49,120 nt of DNA from a virus (Duplodnaviria; Caudoviricetes): the IMG/VR virus record IMGVR_UViG_3300012940_000034, positions 1-49,120 of that record. One strand, written 5' to 3'. The notes under the pieces were generated by a model, which saw only the letters and a program-made list of their open reading frames with translations, was not told the DNA's origin and made no database searches. The number at the start of each line of letters is the position of its first letter. Position 1 is the stretch's first letter. A program made the position numbers and the translations under genes. This document shows, in pieces, positions 8,708-18,624 of the stretch.

Positions 8708-9678
8708 AAATCGTGTTCTACTGTCATTACTGGGCACCATATCATTTTGCAGGCTCAGAGATGATGGCACAGAACATCCTTCGTTATTTTCGCGAGTTTG
8801 GACATGAAACTACGGTACTGTGCACTGCTGAGTCTCCTGACACTGAGTGGTGGGAGTTTGACGGTACACTGTGCTGTGTCCCTGAACGAGGCAGAGCCGC
8901 CGAGCTTCGCCTGGACGCCATCAAACCTGACCTTATCCTAACACACCATCAGTGCACCCCGCAAGCCGTCACGTACGGTAGGCACATGAACATCCCTGTT
9001 GTGCAAATTATTCATAACGATATGGATGTGAGCAAGCGTTACTTGAAACTGGGTGCTGACTATGTGATTTATAACACTAATTGGATTAAGGACAAGTTCG
9101 ATGCGATTTACAACCTCCCAAGTTGCGTTCTTCATCCTCCTGTGTATTCTATTGATCATAGGGCTGAGCCTGGTGATCTAGTTACTCTTGTCAATTTGAA
9201 TGCTCATAAAGGTGCTCGCATTCTCTATGCACTCGCCGATCGAATGCCCGACGTTAAGTTCTTAGCAGTTGAAGGCGGACATGGCATTCAGATTTTCGAA
9301 ACTTGGCCGAACGTCACTCATCAGAAGCAGACAACAAATATGCGTGAAGACGTTTGGGCAAGAACAAAAATACTGCTAATGCCATCTATATATGAATCGT
9401 ATGGGATGGCAAGCGTTGAAGCTTTAGCAAGCGGGATCCCTGTGATCGCAAACCCCACGCCCGGACTTCGAGAGTCTCTAGGTAGCGCAGGGATTTTTGT
9501 TGATCGGGATGATATCGATGGCTGGGAACGTGAGATTCGTCACTTGCTAAACGACAGTAATCGTTGGCAAATGCAAAGTGATCTTGCTACGCAGCGAAGT
9601 AGTGAGCTAGACCCTAGTGAAGAATTGAAGAACGTTGTAAGTAATCTTGAGGAGTTGGTATGGCGTACGCAACAGTAG
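8704..9678 (+). CDS. glycosyltransferase, GT-B / GT4 family
   Basis: N-terminal AGSE; HKG; LLMPSIYESYGMASVEALASGIPVI (E-x7-E). Confidence 0.92.
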   Translation: MKIVFYCHYWAPYHFAGSEMMAQNILRYFREFGHETTVLCTAESPDTEWWEFDGTLCCVPERGRAAELRLDAIKPDLILTHHQCTPQAVTYGRHMNIPVVQIIHNDMDVSKRYLKLGADYVIYNTNWIKDKFDAIYNLPSCVLHPPVYSIDHRAEPGDLVTLVNLNAHKGARILYALADRMPDVKFLAVEGGHGIQIFETWPNVTHQKQTTNMREDVWARTKILLMPSIYESYGMASVEALASGIPVIANPTPGLRESLGSAGIFVDRDDIDGWEREIRHLLNDSNRWQMQSDLATQRSSELDPSEELKNVVSNLEELVWRTQQ

Positions 9679-10109
9679 ATGATGTTGAGTCGCGTCTAGG
9701 CCGTCAGCTCACCCCCGAAGAAGAGGCACAAGTTCAGGTGCTTCTAGAAGACGCCGAAGGAATGATCCGCCAGCGAATCCCGGATCTCGACGCTAAGGTT
9801 GCGAGTGATGAGAATTACGAGCGCCTAGTGATCATGGTTGAGGCGAACGCTGTCATTCGCGTGATCCGTAACCCTGACGCGTTCATTGCTGAGACAGACG
9901 GTAACTACTCGTATCAGCGAGCAACGGAAGGCGCCAGTGGGTATCTGGATATTCTGCCTAATGAGTGGCAGTGGCTGCTTGGGGGTGGCTCGATGTTCCA
10001 GATTGTTCCTGTTGACCCTTATGGGGATCGAATTGAAGGTGCTCATCGTCAGCCTGACGCGCATTACTGGTGCCCGCCTTCGCATGGGTTTTATGTCAGG
10101 GTGAGGTGA
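9660..10109 (+). CDS. head-to-tail adaptor
   Basis: MAYATVDDVESRLGR...IRNPD...ETDGNYSY typical of actinophage adaptors. Confidence 0.85.
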   Translation: MAYATVDDVESRLGRQLTPEEEAQVQVLLEDAEGMIRQRIPDLDAKVASDENYERLVIMVEANAVIRVIRNPDAFIAETDGNYSYQRATEGASGYLDILPNEWQWLLGGGSMFQIVPVDPYGDRIEGAHRQPDAHYWCPPSHGFYVRVR

Positions 10110-10110
10110 C

Positions 10111-10470
10111 ATGAGTCTTCTTCGGCACGGAAACCAGACAGTCACAGTTTATCACGCCGAGAAGTGGGAGTCTGCTGACGGGAACGTCATGTGGAGGCCC
10201 TCAACAACAGACGTAGAAACTATAGACAATTGCGTAGTTCAGGTCGAGGCGCAGTCAGGCACGAGCGCTAGGCGCACGGAACAGGACGAAGAAGGATATG
10301 ACACAGAGCGCATTTATCGTCTCCGTCCCCCACAGACTTACACACGAGTGATTAATTTCGCAAGTGAAGTCGAGTGGAATGGTCAGCGCTGGGCCGTGAA
10401 CGGGTGGCCTAAACTATATAACGGTAGCGTTCGGACTCAGCATGTTGATTATTCGCTGAGGAGGGTTTGA
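10111..10470 (+). CDS. head-to-tail stopper
   Basis: Synteny; VEWNGQRWAVNGWP motif. Confidence 0.75.
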   Translation: MSLLRHGNQTVTVYHAEKWESADGNVMWRPSTTDVETIDNCVVQVEAQSGTSARRTEQDEEGYDTERIYRLRPPQTYTRVINFASEVEWNGQRWAVNGWPKLYNGSVRTQHVDYSLRRV

Positions 10471-10471
10471 C

Positions 10472-10783
10472 ATGGCTGTTGAACTTCTCAATGACAGGCA
10501 GATGAATCACACAATTTCGCACCTAGAAGGCGTTAAACGCGCTGTTTATGGTGTTGCTAATGAGATTGGCGGGATTGCCTCATCGCGCCTCGCACCTCAC
10601 AAGAAAACCTTTCCGGGTGCTCACATTGTCGTGTCTCAAGGTGATGTTGACGCCTTTGCATCACTAGTAGACGAAGCCGCACTCTCCATTGAGTTTGGCC
10701 ACTTCCTAGGCCCTAGGACGCGTGGGCTTGATCGTCAGTTCGTCCAAGGTCTGGGGCTTTTCATTGACTGGTACTACAGCTAA
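10472..10783 (+). CDS. neck/tail completion protein
   Basis: AALSIEFGH motif; synteny. Confidence 0.65.
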   Translation: MAVELLNDRQMNHTISHLEGVKRAVYGVANEIGGIASSRLAPHKKTFPGAHIVVSQGDVDAFASLVDEAALSIEFGHFLGPRTRGLDRQFVQGLGLFIDWYYS

Positions 10784-10792
10784 GGAGCAGAT

Positions 10793-11200
10793 GTGGAAGA
10801 GATGCCTCGCGTTCAGAGCGTAGTAATTCCTCTGCTTCGTGACGAATTCCCAGAAGCTCAGGTAGTTTCGTGGGTTCCTGAAATTGCTGACCGCCAGTAC
10901 CCAATTATCAATGTCCGTCGTCTTGGCGGACTTCCTGTCGATCCTGAGTTTCTAGACCGCGCTGTAATTGAACTAACATGCTATGGGCTACAGAGCGAGG
11001 GTCTCGAAGCGAACGAGGAACGTCTTAAGCGCGCGCAACTACGCCTGTGGCGTGCAGTAAGGCAGCAGGAGGTTGTAGAAGGAGTAGGTTATCTTCATTC
11101 GTATTTTCAGACGATGGGGCCTACTCAGTTTGACTCGCCCTACGATCAGACATTTCGCAACCAGAGTCTAATTCAGTTGGGTTTGCGCCCAGCAATTTAA
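10793..11200 (+). CDS. tail terminator
   Basis: YPIINVRRLGG; directly upstream of the major tail gene. Confidence 0.75.
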   Translation: MEEMPRVQSVVIPLLRDEFPEAQVVSWVPEIADRQYPIINVRRLGGLPVDPEFLDRAVIELTCYGLQSEGLEANEERLKRAQLRLWRAVRQQEVVEGVGYLHSYFQTMGPTQFDSPYDQTFRNQSLIQLGLRPAI

Positions 11201-11219
11201 CGATTGAAAGGGAATTGAT

Positions 11220-11801
11220 ATGGCTCATGTTGATGAGGCCGTAATCACACCAGGTACCGGGTTTATTTTTGTCGCTGACCCAGGCACCGCACGCCCATCC
11301 GAGGAACTTATCGAGTCGTACGTAGCCATGGACGATGATCATTTTCCGGGTTATAGCTCCATAGGCCATACGTCGCGCGACGACCTCCCGTCGTTTGGGT
11401 TTGATGGTGGGGACACGGAAGTTCAGGGTACGTGGAGTAACGCGTCGTTCCGTGAAGTTGTGACGGAAGCGCCCGCCGACTACGTGACGTTCAACGCGCT
11501 ACAGTTCGATGAGCAGGTACTTGGGCTGTACTATGGTGTGACGACAGACACGCCCGGTGACGGCATTTTCGAAGTGCAGGAATCCCCCACAACAACGGTG
11601 AACAAGGCCCTCCTTGTAGTGATCGTAGACGGCCCACGCCGCGTGGCATTTCACGCAGCGAGCACGTCGATTCGTCGTGAGGATGCTGTGGAACTGGCTA
11701 CGGACGCGTTCGCTGCCTTCCCGCTTCGTGCTACCTTCCTGAAGATTAGCGGTCAGCCAATCTATTCGTGGGTAGGGGTCAGTGCCGCTGTCGCAAGCTG
11801 A
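11220..11801 (+). CDS. major tail (tube) protein
   Basis: GHTSRDDLPSFGFDGGDTEVQGTW motif of L5/D29-like tail tubes. Confidence 0.9.
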   Translation: MAHVDEAVITPGTGFIFVADPGTARPSEELIESYVAMDDDHFPGYSSIGHTSRDDLPSFGFDGGDTEVQGTWSNASFREVVTEAPADYVTFNALQFDEQVLGLYYGVTTDTPGDGIFEVQESPTTTVNKALLVVIVDGPRRVAFHAASTSIRREDAVELATDAFAAFPLRATFLKISGQPIYSWVGVSAAVAS

Positions 11802-11823
11802 TAAACTCATTTGACGCATTATT

Positions 11824-11871
11824 TAGTATGCCAGTAGGTCAAAATTATAGGCCTACTGGCATTACTATTTT
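11824..11871 (+). terminator. intrinsic terminator after major tail gene
   Basis: TGCCAGTAGGTC...GGCCTACTGGCA stem followed by T-run. Confidence 0.7.
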
Positions 11872-11885
11872 CATAGGAAGGTACA

Positions 11886-12299
11886 ATGAGCAAGATCTTT
11901 ACCCTTGACAATTACAAAAAGAAGGCAGACCGCGAGTACACTCACTACACTATCAAAGTTGACGAAACCACAACCGTGACACTTCTCAACCCGATGCGTA
12001 TTGAGTCGGAAAAGCGTGAGCGCCTATTCGACGTTGTTGATAAGTTTCAGGCATTGAGTGATGATTCTTCGAAGGAAGAAGGTAAGTGGCAGGAAGTCGG
12101 CAACGACGAACCCACGTTTGATGCAGAGCAGTTGAAGTTGCTTGGTGCGTTGCTCATCGAAGTGTTTGAGCTTGTGGGTGATGAGAATGTTCATGCTTTG
12201 ATTGAGCGCGTCCAGGGCGACTATCCTGTGATCATGGCCATTTTCCACGATTATTTTGAGGCTGTTGGTCTGGGGGAAGCATCTTCCTCGCGCGATTGA
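11886..12299 (+). CDS. tail assembly chaperone (gpG-like)
   Basis: Between tail tube and tape measure; ends just after the GGGGGAA slippery site. Confidence 0.85.
   Translation: MSKIFTLDNYKKKADREYTHYTIKVDETTTVTLLNPMRIESEKRERLFDVVDKFQALSDDSSKEEGKWQEVGNDEPTFDAEQLKLLGALLIEVFELVGDENVHALIERVQGDYPVIMAIFHDYFEAVGLGEASSSRD
12272..12278 (+). other. programmed -1 frameshift slippery site G GGG GAA
   Basis: In frame CTG GGG GAA; -1 frame is open (GGSIFLARLMHF...) to 12715. Confidence 0.85.
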
Positions 12300-12715
12300 T
12301 GCATTTTCATCTTCACGAGATGATTGCAGATTTCCGCGAGGTTTATCACCTTCGCCTACTAGATGTGCTTGATGGGACATTGAGCGTAGCAGAGGCGGCA
12401 ATCTTAACGGAACAGCTCCCTCCATCTTCACGAACATTCGCCGCTCGGCAGGGCGGGGCAGAATACTGGGGATGGACACTTGACCGTCACCTTACAGCCG
12501 CGCTCGTTGACGCCGTTCGTGAAAACACATTCGCATTCATTCAAAGTAACACAAAGAAAAAGCTTCGCAATCCTCAGCCCATCCCACGGCCGGGAGATGA
12601 AGAGCGCAAGCAACAAGAAAAGCAGAACAACCCCTTCGCGCTGATGGTCAAGGCGCAAATGAGCAAACTGCGCGAAAGCGAACAGAAGACAAAAATTGTC
12701 ATTCCTGATGAGTAG
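12278..12715 (+). CDS. tail assembly chaperone extension (gpGT, frameshift product)
   Basis: -1 frame ORF, ADFREVYHL...LPPSSRT...WGW. Confidence 0.8.
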   Translation, partial: SIFLARLMHFHLHEMIADFREVYHLRLLDVLDGTLSVAEAAILTEQLPPSSRTFAARQGGAEYWGWTLDRHLTAALVDAVRENTFAFIQSNTKKKLRNPQPIPRPGDEERKQQEKQNNPFALMVKAQMSKLRESEQKTKIVIPDE

Positions 12716-12729
12716 AAAGGAGACGCGTA

Positions 12730-15090
12730 GTGACTAGTCCTGGTGGGGCGGAAGTTGGGCGCGTCTCCATTCGCGTCGTCCCTGATACGTCGGGTTTTCG
12801 GCGCGAACTTAATCGTGAACTGAAGGAAATTGAAGAGAGCGTCGAGCTTGAAATTCCTTTAGAACTTAACACGGCACAGGCTCGCCGCGAGGTTGAGCAG
12901 CTTCGTGCCGAGCTAGCTACTCTCAGTGACCAGACGATTAACATTCGTGTCAATGAGCGTGGCGGAGCTTCCTCGCTGAGCGGTATTCGTGCAGAAATCG
13001 CACGTATCAATCGTGAGGGAAGTGCTCTAGGAAACATGCTGAGGAACGTCTTTGGTGGGCGTTCACAGAATGATATGAACTTGTTTCAGCGCATTGCCTC
13101 AACCGCTCTGGGTCAATTTGCCAATCTCGCTGACGCAAGCACGAAGGGCCTTATTAGGCTTGCCGATGGTATCGGAGACCTAGTACAGAATGGGATGAAG
13201 GGTCTTCTAGCCAGTGTCGTTCAGATTGTGATTCAGTTCTCAATCTGGGCTCCTCTCATTACCACACTCGCTGGGCTTATCGTTTATCTTGGTGGCGCGA
13301 TTGCTGCCGCGCTAGGTGGTCTTCCTGCGCTCCTTGCAGGCATTGGTATTCCTATTGCGGCTATTGTCCTGGGTTTTGATGGCTGGAAGAAGGCTGCTGA
13401 AGGACTTGCCCCAGCGTTCGATAAGCTAAAGACAAGTCTCAGCGATACATTCGAGAAGACCCTAACACCATCTTTCAATAAACTTAATAAGCTAATGCCT
13501 ATCATTAATGATGGCATGGTGCAGATTGCTCGCTCAATTAGCAATGTCGTGAAAGGCTTTGTTGATTGGGCTGTGAGCGCTGAGGGTATTTCCGTAGTTC
13601 GTAATATGCTGAGCGGAGTCAATGACTTCGTAAAGGAAATGCAGCCAGGCCTACAGCGCCTGTTCGAGTCGCTCATGAATATTGCTGGCGTTCGTCAGTA
13701 CTATGAAATTCTAGGCGACACGTTCGATAATGTATTTAAGCGTTTGGCTCGCTTCTTTGATGAGATTCGCACGAGCGGGCAGCTAGAAGCTGGGCTTCGT
13801 AACCTAGGCGATCTACTTTATGGATTGACTGATCTGTTTGCTGCCCTACTCGAAGGTGCCTTGCAATTTTTCAACGCCGCTGCCCCCGGCATGGAGACAT
13901 TCATCGGTGGACTGACAAGTTTCTTTGAGCGTCTCGACTGGGAGCGCCTAGGTGACGCGTTCGGTAGGATTTTCGGCGCGCTAGGCAACTGGCTGATGAA
14001 CCTAGACCAAACCACAATGGATAGGTTCACTGATGCTATGGTTGCTATCGCCAACAAAATTATTGAGCTAATTCAGAATGGCACGCTCGATAAGATGGTG
14101 GCACTGTTCGGTGGTCTGTTCTATGCGTTCCTCGCCATTCTAGAAATCACAGATCAACTGTTCAACTTCTTTGACTGGATCACAAGCATCCCGCAGCGGA
14201 TCAGCGATGCATTCAATGGATTTTCGCTTACAGGTATCGGTCAGGGGATGATTCAGAGCCTTCAGGACGGTGCTGGGTCAAAGTTCATTGAGTTTAGTGG
14301 CTGGCTGAACGAACGTAAGCTCGATATTATTGGGTTTTTTAGTGATGCATGGAATTGGCTGACTGATCCTGGGAATGGTCTAATCACAGGGTTCAGTAAT
14401 GGTGCGTCGCAAAAGTGGGCCGACTTCACCGGCTGGTTGGGTAGGGCTAAAGACAGTGTAGTTAGGTTCTTTAGCGATGCCTGGAACTGGATTAAGAACC
14501 CTGGTAACTGGTTGTTCGGCGGGTTTGGCGAAGGTGCCAATCAGAGCTGGACTAACTTTATTGGTTGGGTCGGTAGCATTCCTGGCGCGATTGGTGACTT
14601 CTTCAAAAATGCTGGGAATTGGCTGGTTAATGCGGGCCGCAACGTTATTAGCGGGTTCTTGCGCGGCGCCACTGAGATGTGGAATAGTAATAGGGATTGG
14701 TTTGCGTCTATTGCTGGCTGGATTGGGCAGCATAAAGGCCCGCTGAGCTATGACCGTAGGCTTCTTATTCCGGCTGGTCGCGCTATTATGCAGGGTCTGT
14801 TCGAAGGTCTGACGGATGGTTGGAGCGATGTTCAGACGCTCGTCAATGGGATGACGCAGACGTTTGAGGACTTCGGCAGTACTGATCTTGCGGCTGCTAT
14901 GAATGTGCAGCAAGTAGCAAGTATTTCTAGCGACAGCACTTCTCAGATTGAAGCGGCTGCGTCGCTTGCTGGTAATGGAATTGACCAGAAGATTGCTAGC
15001 GCTCTTGAGGGCTGGACAATCGAAGTGAATAAGTATGGTGTGGCGCGTCTAAATAAGAGTGCTGTTCGTGACAATGAGGTGGGTCGCTGA
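12730..15090 (+). CDS. tape measure protein
   Basis: EVGRVSIRVVPDTSGFR N-terminus; helical, W/F-periodic C-terminal repeats; 786 aa. Confidence 0.92.
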   Translation: MTSPGGAEVGRVSIRVVPDTSGFRRELNRELKEIEESVELEIPLELNTAQARREVEQLRAELATLSDQTINIRVNERGGASSLSGIRAEIARINREGSALGNMLRNVFGGRSQNDMNLFQRIASTALGQFANLADASTKGLIRLADGIGDLVQNGMKGLLASVVQIVIQFSIWAPLITTLAGLIVYLGGAIAAALGGLPALLAGIGIPIAAIVLGFDGWKKAAEGLAPAFDKLKTSLSDTFEKTLTPSFNKLNKLMPIINDGMVQIARSISNVVKGFVDWAVSAEGISVVRNMLSGVNDFVKEMQPGLQRLFESLMNIAGVRQYYEILGDTFDNVFKRLARFFDEIRTSGQLEAGLRNLGDLLYGLTDLFAALLEGALQFFNAAAPGMETFIGGLTSFFERLDWERLGDAFGRIFGALGNWLMNLDQTTMDRFTDAMVAIANKIIELIQNGTLDKMVALFGGLFYAFLAILEITDQLFNFFDWITSIPQRISDAFNGFSLTGIGQGMIQSLQDGAGSKFIEFSGWLNERKLDIIGFFSDAWNWLTDPGNGLITGFSNGASQKWADFTGWLGRAKDSVVRFFSDAWNWIKNPGNWLFGGFGEGANQSWTNFIGWVGSIPGAIGDFFKNAGNWLVNAGRNVISGFLRGATEMWNSNRDWFASIAGWIGQHKGPLSYDRRLLIPAGRAIMQGLFEGLTDGWSDVQTLVNGMTQTFEDFGSTDLAAAMNVQQVASISSDSTSQIEAAASLAGNGIDQKIASALEGWTIEVNKYGVARLNKSAVRDNEVGR

Positions 15091-16016
15091 TGCTTGATAT
15101 TCCTATGTTCTGGCTGGGACCTATCGGCCAGATGATGCCATTGGCGTGCCCAGAACCAGGTGTGAGCAATGGGCTTAAGTTGAAGGCCGCATCAAGCACA
15201 TCCTTGTCGGCTCGTAGTACAGTTACGATTCAGGGTTATAGGCGCGAATGGGGTTTTCAGGAGGCGTGGCTTGATCACGAAGATATGGCATTTCTTGAGG
15301 CCATGTTTTCGTCCGTGATCAAGCCACCTTACCGCATCCTTGACCCTCTGAAAAAGAATAGATTTCGTCCTAGCGTCGCAGCCTGTAGACAAACATCCGT
15401 GTGGTCTGGGGGTTATGATTCGTGGCAAATCCCAGTGAACAATGGAATTATGGAAGTTGCTGATGCTGACTTTCCTGCTGTTTCGTATGTGAGTGACGGG
15501 GATTTGCGCGAAGTACAATATCGCCCTTCGAGCGCGCTCGTGTGGCATGCTACAAATTCCGGAAATATGTTCCTTTACCCTAACGGGTTACCTAACACCG
15601 ATGGTACGTACAAGTTCTCACGTACAGATCCTGTTCTGCCAGGCGAAACTATTACTGTGTCTTTTGCTGTGCGCTTGAGTGCTGCCGGGCAAGGGGCACT
15701 ATCCTTGGCTACGGTGAGCCCGACAGGAACAGTGGGTTTGGCAGGAGCTACAACGTTCACGAATACAGCCTGGGGAACTACATCATTCACCTACACAGTT
15801 CCAAGTGATGGGAGCGTAGTAGGTGTGTTTCCTTATTTCACTATTAGTTCTGATACAATTGATCTTTTCATTGGACCTGGGCAGATGGAAGAAGGAAGCG
15901 ATGTGACGAGTTGGGAGCCTGGATATGGCGCGCCCGAGTGCTACATCTCTAATCTCAATGTTCAGTCCCCTCGCTTCCCTCTTTGTACCGTCGATCTCAC
16001 CATTACGGAGCTTTAA
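15090..16016 (+). CDS. minor tail protein (distal-tail-like with carbohydrate-binding insert)
   Basis: First gene after tape measure; GETITVSFAVR...QMEEGSDVTSWEPG. Confidence 0.75.
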   Translation: MLDIPMFWLGPIGQMMPLACPEPGVSNGLKLKAASSTSLSARSTVTIQGYRREWGFQEAWLDHEDMAFLEAMFSSVIKPPYRILDPLKKNRFRPSVAACRQTSVWSGGYDSWQIPVNNGIMEVADADFPAVSYVSDGDLREVQYRPSSALVWHATNSGNMFLYPNGLPNTDGTYKFSRTDPVLPGETITVSFAVRLSAAGQGALSLATVSPTGTVGLAGATTFTNTAWGTTSFTYTVPSDGSVVGVFPYFTISSDTIDLFIGPGQMEEGSDVTSWEPGYGAPECYISNLNVQSPRFPLCTVDLTITEL

Positions 16017-18616
16017 TGTATGTGGACCCTGATCCAGTTCTGAATCAGGCAATTGCAGATGAGCTAAAGAAGCCCGTCCGTGTTCTTGTGGACCTGATTT
16101 ATTTCGACTGGGATAATGATGGTTATCAGAGTGAATATTCTGACATGAGTGCCGTGCTCGTTAGCGCTGATCTGGAGCGCTCGGCCCTGCAAAGTGACCT
16201 TCCTGAGCAAGTGAACACGATTCAGGGATATAGCTCTGCCGAATTGCAGGTGACTTTGCGCGGTAATCGTGATTCGAGTGAACCTGACGTTGCCCAACTT
16301 CTATCTCGTTTCAATGTTTCTGGTCCGTTTTTCAATCGTGAACTTACAGGTACAACGGTTAAGTTCGAGAAGCGCATCGAGACGCCCAAAGGTAATGTAG
16401 ACATTCGGCAGTTCACTGGGCAGATTCGCGACATTCAGATCACTCGTTCCACAGGTGAAGTCAAGATCATCGCTACAGACATCTGGCAGTGGGCTACGCG
16501 CACAGCTTCATTCCCCTTCTGGGCTATCGACAAAAGCACATCTGCCAACGGGGATCTATCACCCACGGCAGGAATTCAGCGCAGCATTAATGCTTCGTGG
16601 TTGCTTACGGAAGCCTTGCGTCAGGCAGGGACTCCTGTTGCTCCTCCCGAGCGCTCGGACTGCTTCGTGTCATTTTCCTGTGTTGGTAGCATGCTACATT
16701 CGGTAGGCGAACCTTGGCATGATCCTGGCAGCATTGATCCTTCACTTCATGTTATGAACTGGGGCAATGTGAATATTATGACTGGATGGGGTCCGTGGGC
16801 GCCCGCTATGACACCTGGCGTTGGTAGTGGAAGTTCTCGAACGTTCTTCGCCAACCAAGCATATATTGATCGCACCAAGAACAATGGGTTCTTTAAGGTC
16901 CCCCGCGCGGGAACGTCTGAGGCGGGGAAGAACCTAGGTGTCACGTTCTGGGCGCAGAGCGACGGTAGTGCTTCACGAGGCTTGCCCACAGGAAGCCCTC
17001 CTTACTACTATGATGGTTTGCTTGTTGCTTTGAGCTTGACGTCGAGCATCGCGCTTCCCGAAATTTGGGTCCAGCACGGCAAGAATGGGCAGATTTATGT
17101 GACCATTCTTGACTGGCCTGGCGGTACAATGACTCCTCGTCAGTTTGGCTGGGCACCTAAAGCTGCGGGCTGGCATCACTATGACGTGAACATTCGTTTT
17201 CGCAATAATCAAATCACAGCCGTTCTCACGGTCGATGGTGTGGATCAGGGCGCCCCGACGCTCGGCAGCTTCCCTACTGTGGGTTACACTTACGTTGCTA
17301 ACAGTTACCCTACAGCTATTAATGATTTGCGCAGTAATCCCATGCAAATTCGCATGTGGGACCCTGCGCAGTTCGTTCAGGTCTATGGTGGTGGAACAGA
17401 CAGCGTTTACTCTCCTTCTCAGGTTGAGCCTGTTCTGACAAAGGATGGGCTTCCTTGGCTTGTCTGGGAGGGTTGTCACGCGGAAATGGACTTTATCCCT
17501 GACACCTATGAAGAGTATGTCTGGGATATTCTGAAGAATCTAACCACTGGGGAGTTTGCTGGGCTCTATACAAATGAGTACGGACAGCTAACCTTCTACC
17601 CTCACTGGAAGCTACGCCAAACCATCCCCCTAAACTCATCGGAAACTTACACTGTCGATGACCTAGAGGATCTAGTTACTAACCCGTCACTTGATCAATA
17701 TCGAAACACTATCGCTGTGACTTATACATCGCGCGCCGTCGAGATTGATGATGTGTGGACAAACACAGACTCTCTAGGGCTGCGCGTCGTAGACGATGGT
17801 GTGTCTGTGTTGTTTGATCCTATCTATTTGTCTGGTGAAGTAATCAAGATAGTGACATTGGTGCGGTTGCTTTCAGGCTGGAATGACGCAACTACTTCGG
17901 AATGGTACGAAGACAGAACGACTCGCGCATTTCTTACAATGTCAGGGTATAATGGTGTGTCGGGCGGGTCATCGAACATCTATGACGGCCTAGGTTCTGA
18001 TGGTCTAGACCCTCTACATGACGGGTCAGGCAGCCGAGGGTTCTCGACAGCGAACGCGTCGATCATTCCTGGCCCTGATGGTAGGAGCTTTCAGATTCGC
18101 GCAACCGCGCCTGCTAACTCTTGGGCAACTGGTGTGTTCTTCGGAGCAAAGGCTATTCAGGATAGCTCAGGCAACCAGACTGTTCCTTCCCCTGCCTTCT
18201 GGGTGAAGGGCGCTAAGTATGGTTCGCAAATTGAGAATTTGTGGATTGAGACGAATGACGCAGAAGTTCTCGACAAGGGACGTGCGGTTCTAAAACTGGA
18301 GGCGAGCGTGTGGCGCCAGACAGAGCAAACAGCAGCAGCCATCGCGCCTCAACTACTATCCGACCTCACTAACCCGTCGCCCGTGATCAGCGGTTTGTCG
18401 ATTCCTTCCGACCCACGCCTACAGATCACAGATGTTATCACCTTGTACCCGGAAGGTGAGTACTCAAATTCAGGTATTCAAGCGCAAATTCTAGGGATTA
18501 GGCGTCCCGGAGATGGTAATGATGAACTAGATCTTCGCATTACTCGTGCACCTTCTAAGTGGGTTCTTGGCGCGTCTGGCGCTAGTGAGCTAGGCCAAAC
18601 GACAGTTCTGAACTAA
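16016..18616 (+). CDS. large minor tail / baseplate hub protein
   Basis: TAATG coupling at 16014-16018; LamG-like GWHHYD insert; WVLGASGASELGQTTVL C-terminus. Confidence 0.8.
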   Translation: MYVDPDPVLNQAIADELKKPVRVLVDLIYFDWDNDGYQSEYSDMSAVLVSADLERSALQSDLPEQVNTIQGYSSAELQVTLRGNRDSSEPDVAQLLSRFNVSGPFFNRELTGTTVKFEKRIETPKGNVDIRQFTGQIRDIQITRSTGEVKIIATDIWQWATRTASFPFWAIDKSTSANGDLSPTAGIQRSINASWLLTEALRQAGTPVAPPERSDCFVSFSCVGSMLHSVGEPWHDPGSIDPSLHVMNWGNVNIMTGWGPWAPAMTPGVGSGSSRTFFANQAYIDRTKNNGFFKVPRAGTSEAGKNLGVTFWAQSDGSASRGLPTGSPPYYYDGLLVALSLTSSIALPEIWVQHGKNGQIYVTILDWPGGTMTPRQFGWAPKAAGWHHYDVNIRFRNNQITAVLTVDGVDQGAPTLGSFPTVGYTYVANSYPTAINDLRSNPMQIRMWDPAQFVQVYGGGTDSVYSPSQVEPVLTKDGLPWLVWEGCHAEMDFIPDTYEEYVWDILKNLTTGEFAGLYTNEYGQLTFYPHWKLRQTIPLNSSETYTVDDLEDLVTNPSLDQYRNTIAVTYTSRAVEIDDVWTNTDSLGLRVVDDGVSVLFDPIYLSGEVIKIVTLVRLLSGWNDATTSEWYEDRTTRAFLTMSGYNGVSGGSSNIYDGLGSDGLDPLHDGSGSRGFSTANASIIPGPDGRSFQIRATAPANSWATGVFFGAKAIQDSSGNQTVPSPAFWVKGAKYGSQIENLWIETNDAEVLDKGRAVLKLEASVWRQTEQTAAAIAPQLLSDLTNPSPVISGLSIPSDPRLQITDVITLYPEGEYSNSGIQAQILGIRRPGDGNDELDLRITRAPSKWVLGASGASELGQTTVLN

Positions 18617-18624
18617 GGAGACTC

